Assembly: GCA_035500235.1 (NCBI GenBank)
Contig: DATJXK010000177.1
Span: 1-62,999, forward strand
Reading direction: 5' to 3'
From: Pseudomonadales bacterium
GTDB lineage: Bacteria > Verrucomicrobiota > Verrucomicrobiia > Limisphaerales > UBA11358
DNA: 62,999 bases
In this document: piece by piece, positions 55,201 to 61,176 of the stretch
How the letters are laid out: every line of letters starts with the position of its first letter
Position numbering within the stretch: position 1 is the first letter of the stretch
Position numbers and translations under genes: made by a program
The notes under the pieces: model-generated
What the model was told of the DNA's origin: nothing
Seen by the model: the letters and a program-made list of their open reading frames with translations, nothing else
The model's database searches: none

Positions 55201-56549
55201 AAGGGGATTAAGCCGATGTTCTGGCTTTGGCTATTTCCAAAGTTGAAAATTTGACCCCAGGTATTCCCGTTATTTTGCAGGGTCCAGCATTCGATAGTGA
55301 GCGACGTGGTATTAGTCAGGATTCCCGCCGGCAATGTCACGTAACCGGAGTGACCGGGGCCTCCACCACCGGGCAATACCAGGCCATTGGCAATAGTCGC
55401 ATTAGTGCCTCCGTTGGGCGCCACTAAGGTGCCATTCGCGCCTCCGACGGAATCGGAAGCATCACTAACAAAACTGTAGCGGTGTACCAGTGTTGGGGGG
55501 GCTGTAACGAATACAGTAGAACTGGTTGCGGTAACACCATGCACGGTAGCTCGAACGGTGGCAGTACCAAGACCAACGGCCGTGATCACGCCACTGCTGT
55601 TGACCTGGACAACGCCAGGGTTGCTGCTGACCCAATTGGTGGCCTCGATGTTGGCGTTAAAAATATTCGTGGTTGTCGCCGCGAGAGTAACGTCAACTGT
55701 GCCCTGGGCAGAACCCGAAAGCACCAAATTGGTGGAATCAAATGCGAGGACGGCAGAAGAGGGAGTAAAGTTGGAAACAACATTTGTAGAACCGGCTACG
55801 TCATCAACGGCGATCTGGAATGAATCGAGAGTTCCGTTGTAGATGCGGAATTCATAAATAGTACCCTGCCATTGCGGATCCGGCCAGGGATCCTGCCCGA
55901 TAAAACAGGTAGAAAAATTCTGAACCCCGGGCGTATAGGCGCTGCTGGGAACGGTGGCGCTGGCAATCACACTCTGCCCCTCCCAAATCGTGTCCACTAA
56001 ATTGGTAGAATTATACGTTACCGTAAAGTGAGTTTCGGTCCCGGGCATACCGATGCCGCTCTGAGAATCCGTTTCATTGTTATTCAACCTCAAAGCCTGT
56101 TCGAGATTGTTATTATTATTTTGACCGTCGGAAATAAATGCCCAATAGCTGGGTGTGCCACTATTGAAACTCCAGGTTTCGGCCCAGGTATTGGCGGCGC
56201 TTTGAGACGCCCAGAATTCTACCGTAACATTGGTGGTGGTGTTTAGAATCCCACCGGGCAGCGTGACGAAACCGGAGAAACCGGGACCGCCGCCACCGGC
56301 CAAGGTCAGGCCGTTACTGAACTTGACCGCAGTTCCGCCGCTGGGCGCCACCACTGAGCCATTGGCTGTACCCACCGAATCGGAAGCATCACTGACGAAG
56401 CTATACCGGTGTTGAAGGGTTTGCGCAGAAAGCACGGAAGGCATCGCCAATAACGACAAGCCTAACATTGCTTTGGCCGCCGAGTGAATAAGTCCACGGC
56501 GGGTAAAGATTGCGCTGTTAATTGGGTTCATAACGATGGGAGTTTTCAT
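52212..56549 (-). CDS. Giant secreted LamG/Big_2/Ig-repeat protein (4 LamG, 3 Big_2, 2 Ig-like) with C-terminal FFKL domain
   Basis: 1445 aa with a signal peptide. LamG modules open with HRYSFVSDASDSVG at aa 47, 356 and 752. A fourth LamG starts at about aa 1150 (YWPLQETDGTTAYDVVG). Big_2 modules: NWVSSNP.V..V.SSG.IT.V..GTATV.AT. Ig-like modules: Y.W.F.G..I..A....L....V....G.Y. The 59-aa tail (52212-52391) ends in AAFFKLLVSP. Confidence 0.85.
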   Translation of the reverse strand: MKTPIVMNPINSAIFTRRGLIHSAAKAMLGLSLLAMPSVLSAQTLQHRYSFVSDASDSVGTANGSVVAPSGGTAVKFSNGLTLAGGGGPGFSGFVTLPGGILNTTTNVTVEFWASQSAANTWAETWSFNSGTPSYWAFISDGQNNNNNLEQALRLNNNETDSQSGIGMPGTETHFTVTYNSTNLVDTIWEGQSVIASATVPSSAYTPGVQNFSTCFIGQDPWPDPQWQGTIYEFRIYNGTLDSFQIAVDDVAGSTNVVSNFTPSSAVLAFDSTNLVLSGSAQGTVDVTLAATTTNIFNANIEATNWVSSNPGVVQVNSSGVITAVGLGTATVRATVHGVTATSSTVFVTAPPTLVHRYSFVSDASDSVGGANGTLVAPNGGTNATIANGLVLPGGGGPGHSGYVTLPAGILTNTTSLTIECWTLQNNGNTWGQIFNFGNSQSQNIGLIPLPGRDNGNLEFAVSPNGGEIDTVSGIHFPTNSEQYVSFVFDSSALKSALYDNGKLLATQSFPNRTYIPGSFGGAAGTANNVFGQDPFPDNQYQGTVYEFRIWNGALSAVYEAAAAAAGPSVIITNTVPTLLNIGLTTTSMIGSGTQQATVTANFIQVSSVDVTGGATNWVSSNPNVLTVSSSGLITGVNGGTATVSATVSGVTATSATITVASTPPVFTLKPANVTAAVNDNNVTFSTMGLGGNLNYQWSFDGNPISGATNTTLVLNNVALTNSGTYSVLISNNLGTTNASATLNVAQAVLLHRYSFVSDASDSVGHANGTIIGPNGGTAASINNGLTLPGGGGGGFSGYVAFPTGILTNTTSLTVECWVTQNTAQEWATVWDFANDGNHNFEMCPFPQRGILNLDVAITPHGNEIDTITGNLFPSGQKVYTAFTFNVGNLTANIYTNGNVSGTQVYPDATYIPGTIGAPAGTSQNWLGNDTYGDTQFQGTIYEFRIWDGAQSPLYLEISAAAGAGVVVTNLTPTSISVSVTNNTMVQGLSQPASATGNFADASGVNITGSVTNWTSSNTNILKVSSSGLVTAVGTGSATISATLNGTTGASSTISVPTSPPIITQQPAASDTFLQGATLTATVANVGTSPFVYRWFFNNGTTPISTSSNPTLMIPNVQPTSAGTYTVLVSNLDGSVLSSQLVVSVIAATTYEQAVLQYGPIAYWPLQETDGTTAYDVVGADNGTYTTTSITGSSFSLGNPGPSQSFFGGSSLSAGFLSAIVDIPEGNLNITGPVTITAWVQQETAAQFGGVVGHGDQSWRLAITQNGAPGDGLAAGNSGSSQADATAPTSANINDDNWHMLVYTYTGNTSQPNNGLLYVDGALVASNTIATPPPGDNLDVWIGGAPDYGTQRLLPAANIAHVAIFNQSFTGAQVQGLYNGTYVLGPQLIQIAKASGNNIVLNWQTGTLLQSTNILGPWTTNSTATSPYTIPATNKAAFFKLLVSP

Positions 56550-56668
56550 TCAATTTGATGGCAGCGTTTCGAATTCAAACAGTCAGGGTCCAAACGGGCA
56601 GATTCTACGTGCATATTGCATCGCTGAAATGATGGACATGATTTGACTATAGGCCTCAGTCGAAAAAG

Positions 56669-56694
56669 TGTCATGTGGCATGAAGTGGCCACAA
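56669..56694. promoter_or_regulatory. Conserved 26-nt box, copy 2 (TGTCATGTGGCATGAAGTGGCCACAA)
   Basis: Matches 49421-49446 at 25 of 26 positions. It lies 119 nt from the LamG giant ATG (56549), upstream of or within the 5' end of the DUF1680-LamG gene. Confidence 0.5.
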
Positions 56695-56810
56695 GGCATA
56701 AACCAAAGTTATGTTATTATCTTCAACGAGTTAATTTCACCTTGAAAGATACCGCTGATATGCCGGATCGATTCTTTAGCACTTATAGAAACAATCTTAC
56801 TCTCTCTAAG

Positions 56811-59800
56811 ATGTTGCTCCGCCGGACGTTGCTTCCGGCTGGTTTTAAAATAGGGAAAGGAAAGTTGTGCTCTATACCTTCTGCGACAGTCAGGAGGAGG
56901 AACGTTAGGCTGTTGAGAGAATTAATTTTTTTACCACTTATAGGATTTTTTCTTTTTAACTGCCACGCCGATACGGTGACTGATTTAACGAATATCCAGG
57001 CCGGGGCATATGGAGGACTTTATGTGGGGAACCGCGCGCCATTGGCGCCCAGTCCGTTGCTGCGCCTGCCACCGGGGAGTATTCAACCGCAAGGCTGGTT
57101 ATATACGATGCTGGAAAACCAGAGAAACGGATTGAATGGATTACAGGAGGAGATTTCGCCATTTCTTCAATTCCCAACCAGTGACTGGACGACGCCGAAC
57201 GGCTCAGGCTCAACACAGGGCTGGGAGCGCGTGCCTTATTGGCTGCGCGGTTACATTGACATGGGCTACAGCCTGCAGGATGCCATGGTAATCAGTAATG
57301 CCACGCGATGGATCCAGGGAGTGATGGTTTCAGAACGGACGAATGGGTATTTCGGTCCGGCGCAGGATTATGGAGATTCGAGTACAACCTCTGACCTGGG
57401 AATGAATGCACCGGACCTATGGCCCAATATGCCCATGCTCGATGCATTGCGCTCTTACTATGAGTACACCAGCGATACGAACGCCCTCAATTTGGTTGAA
57501 AATTATTGCAGGTGGGAAAATACGCTTCCCTCCTCGGATTTTAACAATGGCTATTGGCCGATGATGCGGATGGGAGACAATATCGAATCAGTCTATTGGC
57601 TCTACAACCGGATCGGACAATCCTGGCTATTGAATTTGGCGACCAATATGTATGCGAATATGGCGCGGTGGGATTCTCCAGGCACATTGCCGAACTGGCA
57701 TAATGTGAATATCGCGGAAGGGTTTCGCGCGCCGACGGTTTTTTGGCAACAATCCGGTAATCCGGCGCACTTGCAGTTTGCCGAGGCGAATTATCAAACG
57801 GTCATGAGCCAATACGGCCAGGTGCCGGGCGGGGGCTTTGGTGGTGATGAAATTTGCCGCACTTATTATTACGGACCGCAGCAGGGATTCGAGACCTGCG
57901 GCATCGTGGAGTTTATGCGGAGCTTTGAAATTCTCACGCGCATCACCGGCAATCCGGTGTGGGCCGAACGATGCGAAGACCTGGCAGCCAACACTCTGCC
58001 GGCGGCAATGCGCACGAATATGATGTCGCTCCACTATTTGACCGCGCCGAACCAGCCTGAATTGGATGACGAAGCGAAGGCGCCGGATATCAATAACGGA
58101 GGAGGACCGTGGTTTTCGCAAAGTCCGTCTGAGCCTAATTACTGGTGCTGCGAACATAATCATGGAATGGGCTGGCCGTATTTTTGCGAAGAAACGTGGC
58201 TGGCAACGTGGGACAACGGCCTGTGTGCTTCGCTGTATGCGCCAACGACAGTTACGGCGCGTGTTGGCGACGGCAGCACTGTGAGTGTGGCGGAGACTAC
58301 CACTTACCCTTTCAGTGGAACGGTGCAGTTGGATGTGACAGCAACGAACAGTGTCAATTTTCCCCTCTATGTGCGCGTGCCGCAATGGTGCTCAAATAAT
58401 TGGATCCAGGTTAACGGCCAGACAGTCGCGACCAACAGCCGGACAAGTTCTTATGTTTGTATTCAGCGCACGTGGACAAACGGCGACCAGGTGGTACTAA
58501 ATTTCACGCGCCAGATTACGCTGCGAACTTGGGCGACGAATAACAATTGCGTCTCGGTCAACTATGGCCCGCTAACGTTTTCACTACAAATCCCGGAAAA
58601 CTGGCAACCCTACGGCAATAATGGAGTGCCCTGGACAGAATATCAGATTTATCCGGGGGCGAACTGGAATTACGGCCTCGAGATAAATGCGACCAATCCC
58701 GCGGCATCGTTTACCGTCGTGACGAATCCCGGACCGCTGGCCGCCAATCCGTTTTCATTACAGACCACACCAATAGAATTGCAGGTACAAGCGCGACAAA
58801 TTCCAGCCTGGACACTCGATAATTTGTATGACGCGGGGACGGTTTGGCCCAGCCCGATTTATAGCACGCAGCCGGTACAGACGGTTACGCTGGTGCCGAT
58901 GGGCGCGGCGCGCTTGCGCATTTCCGCTTTTCCTACTGTTACCACAAACTCCGCCGCGACGCATTGGGGCGCACCTTATGCGCCAAGTGCTTCATACGTC
59001 AATTCCTCTGATACAGTTTCAGCGATGAATTTTGGTTTAAATCCGACCAACTCCAGCGAACAAATGACGCGCATGACATGGTGGAATCACGAAGGGACGA
59101 CGGAGTGGGTACAAGCGTCGTTCAATGGTTTGAGCCAGGTTAGCCAGATGTCTGTCTATTGGTATGATGACGTGCCCACTGGCGGCGGTTGCAATCTACC
59201 GCAGTCATGGTGGGTGGAATATCTGGCAGGTACAAATTGGGTGACAGCCACCGGCGCCAGCAGTTATGGCGTGGCGGCAAACACATTCAACACGGTGACG
59301 TTTGATCCAGTCACGACGACAGCGGTGCGCTTATATGTTCAACTACAGAAGGGATATTCCGGCGGCATTCTGGCATGGCAGGTTCCGGCGAATCCGGTAA
59401 CGTCGCTGGCGCTGCGTTATTCGTTGCACGGCAATCTGGCCGACACGGCCTCCGGCCAAACGGGCAACCTCTACGGCGGAACGTTTGTGCCCGACCGCTT
59501 TGGTAAGGCTGGTAATGCATTGCAATTTAATGGGACCAGCACAAATTACGCGACCATACCGCGTCCTAACTGGATGGATTGGAGTATTGCCTTTTGGGTC
59601 AAGACAACGGCAACCGGCGGGAGTTCTTCACCGTCAGGATACAGCAGTGCGGGCAAATTTGGCGGGTCATTGTATCTCGACGGCAATACAACCCTAAAGC
59701 CGTTGTCAGGTTTTCCTGTCGGCGTGCCAACGGGAAGCAATGCCTACAGTATTGCGGTATGGGAAAAGGCTGACGCCGGTTGCCCAAATAACGGCGGCTT

Positions 59801-61157
59801 TGTCGGCTGGGGCAATGAGGGCACCAGTGAAGCCAATAACCTCCGGCTAAACGGCGCCAACAGCGTAAATAATTATTGGTGGGCCAATGATTTTGTCGTA
59901 AGCGGGCTTACGGTTAATCCGATGGATGGCAACTGGCACTCTATCGTGGCCACCTGGAATGGCACGACCAGGACCATTTATGTGGATGGTGCTGTTGGCG
60001 GGTCGCAGACTCCGGGAGCGCCGAATGTGATGGGTTTAAATTTTGTCGTCGGCGCCACCATCGGCGACGCGAACTTCAAAGGATGGATGGAAAACCTGCT
60101 GATCACGACCAATGCCCTGACGCCATCGCAAGTTTCGACTTACCAAAACAACGGGCCGATGCCCGCAGGCTCAGTGGCTTACTGGCAATTTAATAATGCA
60201 ACTAACCTGGGCGCTGACAGCAGCGGCCAGGGAAACACCTTGGCTATTGGCAACCTGAGCGGTCAATGGTACCAGGGTGAGGGTTTAGTGGATGGCGATG
60301 TTTCCGGAACGGCGGATGATTTTGGCGTTTCACTGTTAGGCAATCAGGCTGCTTTTGGCGTGGGAAATCCTGATACGACCATTACATCAACATCGGCGAT
60401 TAATGACGGGCAATGGCATCACATCACAGCGACGCGCAGCGCATATACCGGCCAAATGCAACTCTATGTGGATGGCACGCTACAGGCAACTGCCGTCGGC
60501 CCGTATGGACCAAAAATCGCATCCCCGTCGCTTTGCCTCGGCGCTATCAATTCGGGCGGAGGGTACTTCAACGGCGCGATTAGTGATGTGCAAATTTTTA
60601 ACCGCGTTTTAAGTGCACCGGAGATTTCCGTCGTGATGAACCAGGCGCTCGTGCTGAATGCTTTGGGCGTCACTAATCTTATAGCCGGGCAAACCTTGAC
60701 GTTTTCGAATTCCGCGGCGGATCCTTATGCACCGCCCAGGACGATCGGCTGGAGCGTGGGAGGCGTTCCCGCGGGCATCACCATCAATCCAGTTACCGGG
60801 GTGCTGACGTGGCGGCCTACTATCGCGCAATCGCCAGCCACCTATTCATTTTTTATAACGGCGACTGACAATGGCTCTCCCGCGCTTAGCGCCGTCCAAT
60901 ATCCCTTGGTGACCGTGCTCACTCCTTCAGAGCCTCAAATTCTATTCCCGGACTTTGCGGGTGGATTTTTTACGTTCAGTATTAATGGAAATCCCGGGCC
61001 TGATTATTATATTGATTCGACAACGAACCTTGGCCCAACGGCAGTGTGGCTGCCATTATTCACGAATAGTGCCCCTGCTTCGCTTCCGTTTGTTTGGACT
61101 GATTTAATTAACCCCAACATCCCCCGGCAATTTTATCGTGTCCGTCTTGGCCCTTAA
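56811..61157 (+). CDS. DUF1680 (GH127/146-like) enzyme fused to a discoidin-like domain, LamG domains, a cadherin-like Ig domain and a C-terminal FYRV domain
   Basis: The end at 61157 is firm, but the start is ambiguous. Candidates are TTG 56643 (track), ATG 56673, ATG 56760, ATG 56811 and TTG 56913. The last is preceded by AGGAGGAGG at 56892-56900. Signal peptide LLRELIFLPLIGFFLFNCHA. DUF1680 motifs: WERVPYWLRGY and YWCCEHNHGMGWPYF. LamG segments: WSIAFWVKT, WHSIVATWNG..IYVDG and WHHITATR..LYVDG. Ig-like domain: GITINPVTGVLTWRP. The tail (60936-61157) ends in RQFYRVRLGP. Confidence 0.8.
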   Translation: MLLRRTLLPAGFKIGKGKLCSIPSATVRRRNVRLLRELIFLPLIGFFLFNCHADTVTDLTNIQAGAYGGLYVGNRAPLAPSPLLRLPPGSIQPQGWLYTMLENQRNGLNGLQEEISPFLQFPTSDWTTPNGSGSTQGWERVPYWLRGYIDMGYSLQDAMVISNATRWIQGVMVSERTNGYFGPAQDYGDSSTTSDLGMNAPDLWPNMPMLDALRSYYEYTSDTNALNLVENYCRWENTLPSSDFNNGYWPMMRMGDNIESVYWLYNRIGQSWLLNLATNMYANMARWDSPGTLPNWHNVNIAEGFRAPTVFWQQSGNPAHLQFAEANYQTVMSQYGQVPGGGFGGDEICRTYYYGPQQGFETCGIVEFMRSFEILTRITGNPVWAERCEDLAANTLPAAMRTNMMSLHYLTAPNQPELDDEAKAPDINNGGGPWFSQSPSEPNYWCCEHNHGMGWPYFCEETWLATWDNGLCASLYAPTTVTARVGDGSTVSVAETTTYPFSGTVQLDVTATNSVNFPLYVRVPQWCSNNWIQVNGQTVATNSRTSSYVCIQRTWTNGDQVVLNFTRQITLRTWATNNNCVSVNYGPLTFSLQIPENWQPYGNNGVPWTEYQIYPGANWNYGLEINATNPAASFTVVTNPGPLAANPFSLQTTPIELQVQARQIPAWTLDNLYDAGTVWPSPIYSTQPVQTVTLVPMGAARLRISAFPTVTTNSAATHWGAPYAPSASYVNSSDTVSAMNFGLNPTNSSEQMTRMTWWNHEGTTEWVQASFNGLSQVSQMSVYWYDDVPTGGGCNLPQSWWVEYLAGTNWVTATGASSYGVAANTFNTVTFDPVTTTAVRLYVQLQKGYSGGILAWQVPANPVTSLALRYSLHGNLADTASGQTGNLYGGTFVPDRFGKAGNALQFNGTSTNYATIPRPNWMDWSIAFWVKTTATGGSSSPSGYSSAGKFGGSLYLDGNTTLKPLSGFPVGVPTGSNAYSIAVWEKADAGCPNNGGFVGWGNEGTSEANNLRLNGANSVNNYWWANDFVVSGLTVNPMDGNWHSIVATWNGTTRTIYVDGAVGGSQTPGAPNVMGLNFVVGATIGDANFKGWMENLLITTNALTPSQVSTYQNNGPMPAGSVAYWQFNNATNLGADSSGQGNTLAIGNLSGQWYQGEGLVDGDVSGTADDFGVSLLGNQAAFGVGNPDTTITSTSAINDGQWHHITATRSAYTGQMQLYVDGTLQATAVGPYGPKIASPSLCLGAINSGGGYFNGAISDVQIFNRVLSAPEISVVMNQALVLNALGVTNLIAGQTLTFSNSAADPYAPPRTIGWSVGGVPAGITINPVTGVLTWRPTIAQSPATYSFFITATDNGSPALSAVQYPLVTVLTPSEPQILFPDFAGGFFTFSINGNPGPDYYIDSTTNLGPTAVWLPLFTNSAPASLPFVWTDLINPNIPRQFYRVRLGP

Positions 61158-61176
61158 ACACGGCGGCCATCACTTC

